Shown here: positions 43,084 to 55,820 of the stretch, piece by piece
Numbering within the stretch: position 1 is the stretch's first letter
Layout of the letters: the number at the start of each line of letters is the position of its first letter
Origin: Eledone cirrhosa
Taxonomy: Eukaryota
Reading direction: 5' to 3'
NCBI GenBank assembly: GCA_964016885.1
Contig: OZ024740.1
Span: 272,986,001 to 273,050,000 of the forward strand
Length of the DNA: 64,000 nucleotides
Translations under genes and position numbers: made by a program
The notes under the pieces: model-generated
The model's input: the letters and a program-made list of their open reading frames with translations, nothing else
Told to the model about the DNA's origin: nothing
Database searches by the model: none

Positions 43084-43743
43084 TGGTTTTATAACCAGGC
43101 CGAAGTTATTCAATGCTTTCATTCTTGTTTATATCGGCAGATGATTTAACTACTATTTCTAACGTTTCGTGTGACTATATATCACTCTCCCCATTTTATA
43201 AATGGTTTAAATATGTATTTGAAAGAATTGAATACTTTCTAGTTTTCTCCAACAGTGCAAGGGTTTACACAATGTTAATATACAATGTTTATTTATTAAT
43301 GCCACAAAATTGTGAATTCTGTATAAATAACAGCGAAGTGACAAAAGCAGTTGACCATTTGATTAAATCCTGTATTTTATTTATTTTCAGTGTTGACTTT
43401 CATTTCCTTCAGGATTCGCTAAAGATAAACCAATAAATCTCACATGCTTGATAACTTTTTATCAAAGAAGAAACAGAAATCTTATTCAAATTAAACTCAC
43501 AACGTTAGCTTAAAAACCATTGATAATTACATATATGAAAAACAAAAACAAAACAAAAATTTAGTAATGAGAAAAGAAGGGGTAAAGGGAAAAGGAGGGT
43601 ACATTTGGTTGAATGGGAAAGTAGAGGAAAGGACCATTATGGCTACATTTTAACTTTTTCAGTAATTAGATGAGAGGTATGTATTAAGCATTCACGCTGT
43701 GACTCTTTTTGTCAAGATTAAACGCAATTGTATTCATTTAAAC

Positions 43744-44043
43744 CGGAGATTCTCAAAGTGGGTGGTGCCAGTCTAGGAGGGGGCACTGCGGCCTATATGA
43801 GGGTGGTGGGGGTCGGTAAAGATGATATAATAGTATATTAAATATCAAATCACACATATTATATATAAATGTAGTAAAATAAAAAATATAATATTTATTT
43901 CAACATAGTATATAATATTTTATTTATTATATATTATTTACAACTTGCGTATAGACACGTCTCTCTGGAAATAGGGGTGGGAGTGATGAGGGTATCATAT
44001 ACTCATGAGTGGGGCGGTGGCCCAAAAGGTTTGAGAACTTCTG
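43744..44043. mobile_element. hAT (Charlie-like) MITE with 8-bp TSD
   Basis: TIRs cggagattctcaaa / tttgagaacttctg. Identical ATTTAAAC at 43736-43743 and 44044-44051. Confidence 0.8.
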
Positions 44044-44126
44044 ATTTAAACTGTTTTCACGGCTCACAGATACTCAAACCCTTTGTTGGAAGAGAAATAA
44101 TGGAGAGATTTGATGTAGTCATGAAA

Positions 44127-44353
44127 TACAAGGGTCGGCCGTAAAGTTCATAGACTGAAACGTTCATAAGCTGACCAAGATTCTCTCATGGAATGACCAA
44201 ATGATATTTTTTTTCAACATAGACCCAGAAAGGAACAATGCAGTTACTAATAAAATGAGTTTAAATTAATGCATGCAAAATTTCATAGCACTAGCATCAC
44301 TCCTTCATAATCAGCCTATGACTATACGCAGACCTTATAAGCAGACTCTCGTA
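44127..44353. mobile_element. Tc1/mariner-type MITE (same family as 2013-2227)
   Basis: tacaagggtcgg..ttcata.gctgaccaaga.tctctcatg..ctctcgta. Confidence 0.6.
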
Positions 44354-45368
44354 ATTGTTACATATTTTCGAATATAATAATTTCAGATACTTTTGTTCTG
44401 ATATGTTAAGAGCAAAAAATCCTTAACTGGACGTCCTCAATGTACAAAGTTCTGAAATTATCCAAGTCATGTACTTTACCACCGATCCACCATAATTAAA
44501 CAATTATCTATTATACCTACAACAGTCTGCTGAATAGTAATTGAAAGATAGCAGCATGAAGAGAATGGTCAGAAGATGTTTTCGCTTTTTCCAGCGACAT
44601 CTTTTGTTGGTCAAATGTTGGCATTTCTTGGCAGGCGCTAAACTAGTTCCCTGTTGCACGTTGATTTGTATGTTTGTTTATGTGGGCAGAAATCCATATG
44701 ATAAGTTTGCTTAACTGGGGTTTTTAAAACTTTAACCTTATGTATGATTCACCTCATGCCTGATGTCTATATTTAACTCTTTAAAACTTTCTTCGTCAGT
44801 TTTGGAATTGGTGTTAGAATTTTGGCTTAGAATCAAAACAACATTTGATGAAAAATTTTGCCGTTAATAGAGTGTTGATGAAGTTTAACGTAGGCAGAAA
44901 TTTACATTTGGATCTTTTCAAAGAGAACTCTGCCAGCATCTTTGTTGCCAATTAATCAACTAAGTTGAACTAGATTGTTACTCCGACATGAAAGAAAATG
45001 TTAAAATGACAAGTGAAGATACGTGTTGAAACCTATGCTATTGTGTATCTTTTCCTTACATTCCAGAAAGATATATTGTAAAACGTCATGGATAAGGAAT
45101 AATTTAATCTGTTATTTTGTTTTCTCTGAAACATTTGTGATACTCTATCTTACATTTATAATGTATGTGAGATATAAACCCCAGACATTTGGATTATATA
45201 CAAGGCTACATATATTTACATATTTATATATACAATATATTAAAATACTAGGTATTATACGCATTAATTGCGACAGAAACAAGAAACATACTCACTGACG
45301 GGATTTGAACTAAGTATCTCTCACATATCCCGTGACAGAATTGCTGTTTACTGTACACCCCCACCCCC

Positions 45369-45853
<485 letters not shown>

Positions 45854-45861
45854 ATATATAT

Positions 45862-45942
45862 ATAGGGTGTGCCAAAGATGTATACATACTTGAACACCAA
45901 TCTACTGAATATGTGTATACATTTTTGGAGACACCCTGTATA
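45862..45942. mobile_element. ~80-bp Tc1/mariner-like MITE
   Basis: TIR ta(c/t)agggtgt.ccaaa.atgtataca at both ends. Related partial copy at 13777-13845. Confidence 0.6.
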
Positions 45943-46289
45943 TTTATATATATGTTCCCAGATTTATCTCTTCACATGGATAAATTAAGAAATCATTACT
46001 CAATGTGGCATATAATAAACCATTTTGTTATCACTGCAGCATGAAATATATAACTGTTTTGTAGCGAAGTACTTCTCATAATGATTACTTGACACTATAC
46101 ATAAACAAGTGACAAAAACTACTTGTACCATTTTGGTAACGTTTAATATGCCACTATAATAACACTGGATATACCTCCTAGCCAAAAGAACTATGGCATG
46201 TATGGGAAGATTTAAGAGCATTATCATCAAGATGAACATGTGCTTTTAGAAAGGTCACTCATCTCAAATTTATGTGGTATACTAGAGTT

Positions 46290-46705
46290 GGATTGGCAGT
46301 ATTGGTAAAGGGTCAGACACCATGCTTTGAAACATAGAGTTACAGCCATTTTATGATCTGCGTTCAAAGCTCACCGAGGTTAACTTTGCCTTTCATCCTG
46401 GCGGGGTCGATAGAATAAAGTACCAGTAATGCACTAGCGTAATTGCCGGCCTTGTGCCAAACGTAGAAACAATTATATAGTTACACAATTTATAGTTCTT
46501 TTAATTATAATTGATACAATGGATAAGTGTGCATTATAGAGGGTCGAACGCCATGCTTTGACGCATAGAGTTACGGCCCTTGCCATTCTGAGCTCAAATC
46601 CCGCCGAGGTTAACTTTGCCTTTCATCTTTACGGGGTCGATAAAATAAAGTACCAGTAATACACTGCGTAATTGCTGAACTTGTGCTAAAAGTAGAAACA
46701 ATTAT
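46290..46705 (+). mobile_element. Two SINE family A copies (46290-46475, 46538-46705)
   Basis: Consensus matches. Confidence 0.85.
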
Positions 46706-47481
46706 TTTAATTTCATATGTTAATCACAATGCCGATTTCTTATTCTATCGAAAATGCAACAGAATATCAACCACGGAATTTTAGGTGGAAACACCAAAGC
46801 ATTTCCTCTCCTCTCTAGCACCCCGTCCACTACTATTGCATTGCGACCATTTACACTGGTAAGAATATGAGTTAAAATGCAAGACTAAACAACTTAAAGT
46901 ATCCTTCCGATGCTCGAAAGTTTCTGCTAATCTGCAGCCCTAGTTAGACGAATAAAGATTTCTAATTTATGTAGAGGAGTAACATTTTTTGTGGAGAGAA
47001 AAATCGGTTACCTCGATCCCAGTACTATATTATATTTACCTCAGAATTGAAGAGCCAGAGCAATACTCCTAAGCATTTGTCAGATGGTTGAAATATTCCG
47101 CAAATAAACCGCCCATATTACAATAATAATGCCAAAAAAACAATGTATAGATTCATGCAACATTAATATTTACAGGTAACTATACTTTGGTAAACTAACT
47201 TCATAGTTGCTATACATAATTCCCACACTATGATACGTGTAACAATATTTTAAAGTAGCTGCAAACTACAAGCATTATACAAATTGTATTACTTAGCAGT
47301 ATTTTGTATATAGCTAAACGCAAACAATTCTCCAAGGAATAGGTATGTTAAGTGAAAATTTGGATGGATAACAATTCTGAAGCTAGTCTTTCCATAGCAC
47401 GTTCCATTGCATTCACAATATGGGGTATATCTGAAGGTATATCGTATATCCAGATTAAATGTTTTATAAGTATTATTACAT

Positions 47482-47667
47482 GTGGATTGGCAGTATCGGT
47501 AGAGGATCCGACGCCATGCTTTCGAGCATAGTTACGTCCCTTTACGATCTGAGTTCAAATCCCGCCGAGGTTGACTTTGCCCTTCATCCTTACGGGGTCG
47601 ATAAAATAAAGTACCAGTAATGCACTGGGTATTTGATGGCCTTGTGCCTAAAGTAGAAACAATTATT
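47482..47667 (+). mobile_element. SINE family A copy
   Basis: Consensus match. Confidence 0.85.
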
Positions 47668-47701
47668 ACATGTTGGAAGAATAAATTGATATCAGTATGT
47701 A

Positions 47702-47734
<33 letters not shown>

Positions 47735-47740
47735 TGTGTT

Positions 47741-50020
47741 ACCCTGCCCAAAAGATTGAATGCTGCTCGTCTTAAGGATAAAAATGTGAAGAGGACATTG
47801 GAAGAAGAGATGCAGGCTGCAGATCTTGGTGAGGATTGGCCGACCCTTAAAAAGTCGGTTTATGATGTAGGCAGGCGTGTTCTGGGATTGGCGCAGAGGA
47901 AACATCAGGACTGGTTAATGAGAATGATGTACATATAGAAGACTTGTTGGCTGATAAGAGGCGTGCTCTGTGACGCTACTTGACGGCAAAAACACAGGAG
48001 ATGAGTACGTTGCATGAGGAACTCAGGGATGTAAAATCACGTGTTAGGCGGAGTCTTTCTCAGATGAAGGATCAGTGGTGGAGTGAGAAGGCTGGTGAGA
48101 TACAAACTGCGTCTGATTCCAATAAGACAAAGCTGTTGTACAGTCTCTTGCGTGAGGTTTATGGACCGTCTTCTTCTCTGGTGTCACCGCTTCGCAGCAA
48201 GGATGGCAAAGAACTTCTTCGTGACTCAAAAGGAATTCTACGAAGGTGGCGAGAGCACTTTGATGATCTTTTGAATCAGCCGTCTGTCGTCAGTGAAGAT
48301 TTCCTCAATCTCATTCCAGAAAGTCCTGTGGAAGTAGCTCTCGCAGAACCTCCGACGCTTGTGGAGGTTGCAGTGGCTATTTCGAAGCTGAACAGTGGAA
48401 GATCTCCAGGTATGGATGGCATACATGCTGAGCTCCTACAATATGGTGGTGAGAGACTCCTGCAAGATCTTCACTCTTTGTTTGGCAGGATATGGGCTAA
48501 TAAATCCGTACCTGAGGACTGGAGAGATGCAGTAATGGTGGTCTTGTACAAGGGAAATGGTAACAGGAACGATTGTGGGAACTACAGAGGTATATCATTG
48601 CTTTCTGTCGTAGGGAAAGTTTTATGTAGGGTGCTTCTGGACCGTCTGCTGACACACATTGCAGATTGTGTTCTTCCTGAAAGTCAATCTGGTTTTCGTG
48701 CTGGACGCGGCACTATTGATATGATCTTCTCAGCTAGACAGCTCCAGGAGAAGTGCATGGAACAAGGCTTGGATCTGTATCAGGTTTTTGTCGATCTGAC
48801 AAAAGCTTTCGATACTGTTAACAGAGGTGCATTATGGAAGGTTCTCCAGAAACTTGGTTGCCCTGATAAGTTCCTTGCTTTAGTTAGGTCTTTCCATGAC
48901 GACATGAAGGCTTGGGTTAATGTCGGGGGTAACATGTCGGAGCCTATCTCAGTAAAAAATGGAGTGAAACAGGGGGATATTCCAGCACCGACCCTGTTTG
49001 CCATATACTTTGCAATGGTTTTCTGTATTGTATTCAGGAATTGCGAGCATGGTGTTTACATCCAATATCGAACCTCAGGCAGCATATTTAACATCAGGCG
49101 CTTTGCTGCGAAGACAAAAGTATTTACATCAATCATAAGAGACCTCCTGTGTGCAGATGATTGCGATCTTATAGAGCACACAGAGAGTGATATGCAGCAC
49201 ATTTTGAATGCATTTTCTGACGCTTGCACTGCCCTAGGTCTGACTGTCAGTCTCAAGAAAACCATCGTCATGTACCAACCTGCCCCTGGTAAGAAGTACA
49301 CTGAACCAAACATCTATGTGTATGGCAAACGACTTGGAGTGGTTGATCAGTTTGTCGACCTCGGAAGCACTGTCAATCGATACAGCAACCATGACAGTGA
49401 AATCTCACTTAGGATTAGGAAAGCAAGTGATGCTTTCGGAAAACTAGAAAGGCGACTCTGGGGTCGGCGAGACATATGCAGGAGGACAAAGGTAAAGGTG
49501 TACAGGGCATGTGTGCTCTCATGTCTTCTTTATGCCTGCGAGACCTGGGTCACATATCGACACCACCTTAAGCAATTGGAGCGTTTCCATCAGATGTGTC
49601 TCAGACGGATCCATGGCGTTCACTGGAGGGACCACATCAGTGATGTCGAGATTTTGGAAAGCTCTATGTGTGACAGTATAGAAGCTCTTGTGCTTAAGCA
49701 ACGACTCCGTTGGAGTGGTCACCTTGCCAGGATGAAGGATTCTAGAATACCAAAACAACTCTTTTATGGAGAGTTGATTAAAGGAAAACGACCGCCACAT
49801 AAACCAAAAAAGAGGTATAAGGAATCCTTCAACGCCTCTCTGAAAGACGCTAACATCTCTGCTGATACATGGGAGAATATTGCTGCTGAAAAGTACACGA
49901 ACTCCAACCACAACCGACTATTCCCAGTAAATGTTTTGGTTGCCGACTCTGTGCAAGGCATTTTAGATCATTGGCTGGGCTAAAAAGCCACATTCGATCG
50001 CAGCGCTGTTAGTTGCTATC
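47741..50020 (+). mobile_element. 5'-truncated RTE-clade (BovB-like) LINE
   Basis: Contains the 667-aa RT ORF. Upstream LPKRLN..RKHQDW and a downstream frameshifted C2H2-like motif. Confidence 0.92.
47980..49983 (+). CDS. RTE reverse transcriptase ORF (catalytic YADD appears as CADD; probably inactive)
   Basis: GRSPGMDGI, NYRGISLLS, QSGFRAGRGTIDM, FVDLTKAFDTV, GVKQG, LCADD, LRWSGHLARM. Confidence 0.9.
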   Translation: MTAKTQEMSTLHEELRDVKSRVRRSLSQMKDQWWSEKAGEIQTASDSNKTKLLYSLLREVYGPSSSLVSPLRSKDGKELLRDSKGILRRWREHFDDLLNQPSVVSEDFLNLIPESPVEVALAEPPTLVEVAVAISKLNSGRSPGMDGIHAELLQYGGERLLQDLHSLFGRIWANKSVPEDWRDAVMVVLYKGNGNRNDCGNYRGISLLSVVGKVLCRVLLDRLLTHIADCVLPESQSGFRAGRGTIDMIFSARQLQEKCMEQGLDLYQVFVDLTKAFDTVNRGALWKVLQKLGCPDKFLALVRSFHDDMKAWVNVGGNMSEPISVKNGVKQGDIPAPTLFAIYFAMVFCIVFRNCEHGVYIQYRTSGSIFNIRRFAAKTKVFTSIIRDLLCADDCDLIEHTESDMQHILNAFSDACTALGLTVSLKKTIVMYQPAPGKKYTEPNIYVYGKRLGVVDQFVDLGSTVNRYSNHDSEISLRIRKASDAFGKLERRLWGRRDICRRTKVKVYRACVLSCLLYACETWVTYRHHLKQLERFHQMCLRRIHGVHWRDHISDVEILESSMCDSIEALVLKQRLRWSGHLARMKDSRIPKQLFYGELIKGKRPPHKPKKRYKESFNASLKDANISADTWENIAAEKYTNSNHNRLFPVNVLVADSVQGILDHWLG

Positions 50021-50335
50021 GTGTGTGTGTGTGTGTAGATGTGCTTGTGTGTGTGCGTGTGTGTATATACATATGTATATGTATATTATTATTGTTGTTG
50101 TCGTTGTTATTGTTGTTGTTATTGTTATTATTATTATTATTGTTATTAATGTATGTGTGTGTGTATATGTGTGGGTGAGTGTGTGTGTGTGTGTGTATGT
50201 ATATGTATATATATATATATATGTTGAAAAAAAATGAAAACGAAATTTCATTTCTCACTCTTAGTATGGCACTTACTTAAATGTAAGTATGTATGTATAC
50301 GTACATACATATATGTATACAGACGTACAGTAGCA

Positions 50336-50415
<80 letters not shown>

Positions 50416-50836
50416 CAGGTACATATACATATATGCACGCATCAGTTTAGCGGACGCTTATTATAACGCCGCTTTGTTAGTTTGTAAACAAACTGAACAG
50501 CCTGAATTTATGCCGCTAAACTGATGCGTGCATATATGTATGTGTACCTGTATGTATATATATATATATATATGCATGCTACTGTACGTCTGTATACATA
50601 TATGTATGTACGTATACATACATACTTATATATATATGTATATATATTTCTTTTTTTTTATTTTCTTTTTAGTTATTTATTATTATTATTATTATTATTT
50701 TTTTTTTTCTTCTCGTGCAATGGCCATACTCGATAACGAGGGGGCAGCCATCATGTATGTATGTATGTATGTATGTATGTATGTATGTATGTATGTATGT
50801 ATGTATGTATGTATGTATGTATGTATGTATGTATGT

Positions 50837-51717
50837 CAGGTCACCAGTTGGTGCTACTGGTAACCTGTATCCCAGTACAACCTGTCTCATGGTCGGGTCG
50901 TTGGCGACTAAACTGGCAACCACACCAAGGTTTCTTGGTGAGGAGGGTGACTTTGGACATCCCGCAGGACTAAAAACAAAACCTGTCAAAAGGCAAAGAA
51001 GCTCTTAAGAGTCAATGGCCATCCAAAATCACCGGGAGAGATGACCCCTTAGCATTTGTCAAGGCAGAATTCTAGGAGAAGGAAAACTCTGATATAACAC
51101 CTGCAACCCTGATGGTATCCAATGATGTTGACTTGTTCTTCTTTTTGGTAAATATCATCTTGGTTAAGAGAGTGGGACTGGCTTTGTGCAGTGCCTTTGC
51201 TCACTATAAAAGCTTCGCGGCACAGGCATTGCTTTATATCTGGAGATCTCTCTGCACTTGTCGTCACATGGTAACATGGGCCCAGTACTATGTGTCAATA
51301 ATTGTCACAAGTGTAGTGTTTGTACCAGAGTTTTCAAGTCGCTGGCTGGACTAAAAAGTCACACTCGTTCAGCGCATCGGTAGGGGTTCTCCTACACGGA
51401 TATAAAGTAGTGGCCGTACTCGAAAACGAGTTGGCAGCCACCATGTATGTATGTATGTATGTATGTATGTATGTATGTATGTATGTATGTATGTATGTAT
51501 GTATGTATGTATGCACGCACGCACGCACGTACGTACGTATGTATGTATGTATGTATGTATGTATGTATGTATGTATGTATGTATGTATGTATGTATGTAT
51601 GCACGCACGCACGCACGTACGTACGTATGTATGTATGTATGTACGTACGTACGTATGTATGTATGTATGTATGTATGTATGTATGTATGTATGTATGTAT
51701 GTATGTATGTATGTATG
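50837..51717 (+). mobile_element. Internally deleted RTE-derived element with (TATG)n tail
   Basis: RTE-like 5' region (ctaggagaaggaaaactctgat) joined to the C-terminal CSVCTRVFKSLAGLKSH and a 3' end also seen at 50713-50753. Confidence 0.65.
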
Positions 51718-52769
51718 TGTACATAGGTAGAGCTTAGGGAAAGTTTATAAAATGCTACTTTCATAAACTTAGAATTAAGTTTACAAAAATTTTTTTTCTC
51801 CTTCAACGCGAAACTTGAACAGATTAAAAACAAATTAAACCACTTGTATTTAGGTATTTATTTTGTGCAGTGTAATTGTTGTTGAACGACAGGATATGGC
51901 TCTTATATCATGACCATTTCCATTGAGGTGAAGTTCTGTTCAATGTGTCCTTTAGGAAGCTATGGCGAAGCAAACTTCCAGGAACTTAAATATTCAGGAC
52001 AGCATAGAGAAGTGGTTTCACATATTCATAGACCATGATTTACCAGGACATGAACATACTTAAGAAAGGATTGTATAAGAATATTCAGGGAATTCGAATT
52101 ATATATTAACAGTAGAAATGGCATAACAGTTGTTAACCTTGTAGAGAGAAATGTGAAGTTTAAACACAGAAAATCAGCTGCAGACCCCATATATTGACAT
52201 TAGAATATAACATCCTTTAAGACATATTTAGTAATCTTGCAGGAGACATGTAAGAGAGTGTCCTACCCATACTATAACATGTAAAGATTTAACATGGACA
52301 ATTCTTGTTATGAATTGCACTAGAATTACCTTCCGTGAGAGAAATGTGTATGTGCGACTCTCTTCTCTACAATAACATAACAAGAAAGAGAGTGGCCGTG
52401 TGGTATAATACATTCTACAACCTAAATATAGCCATATAAATAAACAAGATTTACTACCAGTTGGAAGACAAGGTGTTTCATCTCCAGCAAAATTACCTTT
52501 ACCACCTACCTGAAAATAAAACAACTTCTCTAACACTAATAACCTACAGGTCTTGCCACGATAATTCGTTTCGAAGATCTAATTCCTCAACGTGCAATAT
52601 AGACTTCGCTATTATTAGTTGCCTGTTGAGATCAACAGGCAACTAATAATAGTAGCAATACTTCAGTATACTTATTTAAAGGATTGTGTTGCTCGAAGGT
52701 GGTGGATGAAACATTGTGATAATACTGTGGAGTATTTTGGGGTACTCACTAAAGAGCAGAATACCTCCC

Positions 52770-54690
52770 GTAAACACAAACATTTCGGGTAAGTGACAAG
52801 AGATTTCCTAATTCCACCGTTCACTACTTTGGTTTCTGCAGAGACACAAACATCAGGACTGGTTTACTGCAAATGAACCTCAAATGGAAATCCTTGTAAG
52901 GGAAACGAAACATTGCTTGTACACGCCCTCATCATGTTATAAGGGATTTGCAGAACAATATCTGTTGGGGAGGCTTTCCAAGGATGTAATTCTCTGGTGT
53001 AGCGCAAACACCGTGAAGCAAGAGATTTATGGCGGCGCAATTATGCTCATCTCTTACAAGCATCGACAGAAAGAAGAGGTGCTAAATCATTGTATCATGA
53101 ACTGCGTACAGTATATGGTTCAACTACCACAGACTTTGCCCCACTGCGGTCAGAGAATGGAAACGAAGTGTTCCGTAACCTTGCTGAAATCGAGGCAAGA
53201 TACCTAGAATATTTAACGACTTCATAATTCACAGACAAATTAACACTCGCAAACACTTGATGGTATAGTGACTGAAATTGTGCAACAAAGAATAGAATAT
53301 ATGAGTTATTGCATAATATACACGACCGGTGGTGAGTGAAGGACACAATCCCACATAGCTAGAAGGATGCCACTCTCGTGTTCCTCTTCAAGAAGAGACA
53401 CAAATTGTTTGTGACTACTAAGGTGGGCTCCTTATAATATCAGTTGTTGACTAAGTCTAAATCGACTGCTGATGCACGTAGCACCTAGCATCCTGCCGGA
53501 ATCTCAGTATAGTGTCCGACTATATCAGGCACTATAGAAATGGTCTTCGCTGCATGAGAGATGCAGGAAAGGTGTAATTAGCAACAACTTGATGTGCCCA
53601 ATTGTTATATTTATCTCAAAGAGGCTTTTTTCACCGTCAATAAGCAAACACTTTGGAGTATACACTTGAAGCTAGCATGCCCTGAGGAGATTACGGTTTT
53701 CATACGTCGATTGCATAATGACATGAGGGCATGGGTTTTGGTCAACTGTGAGCTACTAGAATCTGTCTCTGTTCGGATAGGGGTAAAACAGGGTTATCCG
53801 GTCACACCCACTTTGTTTACCATCATCTTTGCAATTGCTTTGTTAAGACTTTCAGAAACACTGATATTAGCATATCGAAAAACAGAAAGACTCTTTAACA
53901 TTCGATGATTCCCCGAGGCATCAAAATATATATTGCACTGATATGTAACCTTCTTTATGCAGATGATTATGATCTTGTTAGCCACAAAGAAGAAGATCCT
54001 CAATTCCTTATGTACTGCTTCTCGGCAGCGTGTGGTGGATTAGGGCTGACAATCAGTCTGAAAAAACAGTAGTAATATACCAGCATATGTACCGAAAGCA
54101 ACATATTCCGCCATCCATATCTCTCAAAGAGAAAATAGAGATGGTTGTATAAGGTCATCTACCTGGGTAGTACCATTACCCAAACTAGCACACTTGGTTA
54201 AGGGGATCAACTACCGGATGTTTAAAACTGCCGATGCTTTTCGTAATCTAGAGAAGTGTATGTGGTGAGAGTCAAATATCTGAATTTTATAAGTTGTACA
54301 GAATCTAAAGTCAGTCACATTCCTGTCAGCCCCAAAATATGTCATTTGAAAGGCTGAATTATATTTTATGATGTATTTATTGAAGTGTTGTGCTTCTGCT
54401 GTATGCTGAAAGAGCAGATTCTTCAGAAATTCAGGAGGTACTTGTATTGTTTTAAGGCTCACTTTGCCTTTTGAGCACCAGAGACTTGGACAACATACCG
54501 TAGGCATATGCAGCGTCTCAAACATTTCGACAGATAATGCTTGCGTACATCCTCAATATCTCATAGAAGTCTCATACTGATGTATTGCCACCGGCCTGTT
54601 TGCCTGCCAAGACCATGATCAGGAAACAGCGTCCACGGCAGTCATGTGACATAGGTCACCAAGTGAATAGTAGATTCCACCACATCATAC
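52770..54690 (+). pseudogene. Older degenerate RTE LINE interrupted by a Helitron fragment
   Basis: KHQDWF, TLWSIHLKLACPE, GVKQG, YADD, ADAFRNLEK..W, then ETWTTYRRH after 54481. Confidence 0.8.
54281..54480 (-). pseudogene. Helitron Rep/Hel N-terminal coding fragment
   Basis: CSKGKVSL...PPEFLKNLL...HFNKYIIKYNSAFQMTYFGA...TYKIQ matches the Helitron CC.GKV.LP..PP..L..F...IR.YNSAFQMTSFGA..FKIQGQ motif. Confidence 0.8.
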
Positions 54691-54839
54691 TTTGACCAAT
54701 GACTGTTTATTTTTTCTATGTGGCCGTAACCAGACACGAGTTGGCTAATACTATGTACTCTATATATTATATATATAAATATATAAATAGACATACCCGC
54801 GTATATATATATATATATATATCCATATATATATATATG

Positions 54840-54977
54840 CAAAAGTTCTATTTAAATTGTTGGGAAACAACAAGCAAATATTATTATAACTGATATATAG
54901 CACTCGACAAATATTTGGAGTAGATATACAATATTAATAAATGGAAACTATATTTAATATAGTTTCCATTTATTAAT

Positions 54978-54986
<9 letters not shown>
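54840..54986. mobile_element. Mini hairpin of the same end family as 144-255
   Basis: Palindrome 54924-54986 (atagtttccatttattaatattgtata matches 226-255), with a left tail between (TA)n tracts. Confidence 0.55.
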
Positions 54987-55022
<36 letters not shown>

Positions 55023-55070
55023 GTGTGCGTGTGTATGTATATATATATATGTGTACATGTATATATTTTT

Positions 55071-55688
55071 TTAATTCATATGTATCACATTCGCAACAAC
55101 GCAGCACGCCATTTTTCATTCCTATATGTTTTCCCCTCGCTGTGACTTGTCTTTTTTCTATTCCCTTACTGCTATCCTCTTTCTCTCTCGCCATTCTCTC
55201 GCCTTGTACACCTTACTTTCATTCAAACCCTCTGCTGGTCACGGTCTCTCGGCTGGCGTCTTCCTCAAACTTTCACTCACTGACTCTCTGTTACTCCTCC
55301 TCTCCCACTTCCTCCCATCTGACCTGTGTAAAATCCTTTTCTCGCTCACATTTCGTAGGGTTCGGACGCGTCTTTCGTCTTCTCGTCAATGATTTGCAAG
55401 AACTTAAGTTCACATGTATCACTGACATGTTTTCTCATTTTCCCCTCTTTACGTTGCCTTACCATTTTTGTATGTTTACATGTGTCTCTTTCTCCACCCA
55501 ATTCTTTTTATCACTATAACTTATTTTAGTTATTGTTCGCGATGGCTTGAGGTATCTGGTCTTTAATGCGAAGAAATACTGATGATGGCCAGAAGATCAC
55601 TGATGACGGATAGTCCTGGTTTCTTGCTTGGTTTAATTCATATGTACCTACCACATTCGCAACAACGCTGCACGCCATTTTTCATTCC

Positions 55689-55692
<4 letters not shown>
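55071..55692 (+). mobile_element. ~560-bp unit with ~58-bp terminal direct repeats, probable PLE pLTR remnant
   Basis: ttaattcatatgta..cacattcgcaacaacgc.gcacgccatttttcattcctata at 55071 and 55634. Two CTGATGA motifs at ~55580 and 55600. Confidence 0.5.
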
Positions 55693-55721
<29 letters not shown>

Positions 55722-55753
55722 AGATCAAAAGATGGTTAAAGGAGTTCAATATA

Positions 55754-55820
55754 TTTTATTATGCGCATTTCAAAAACAAACATCATCAAACAATAATATT
55801 TGTGTTTTCATCAGATAAAA
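55754..55820 (-). ncRNA. HHR in the inverted pLTR
   Basis: Reverse complement of 57828-57894. Confidence 0.85.
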
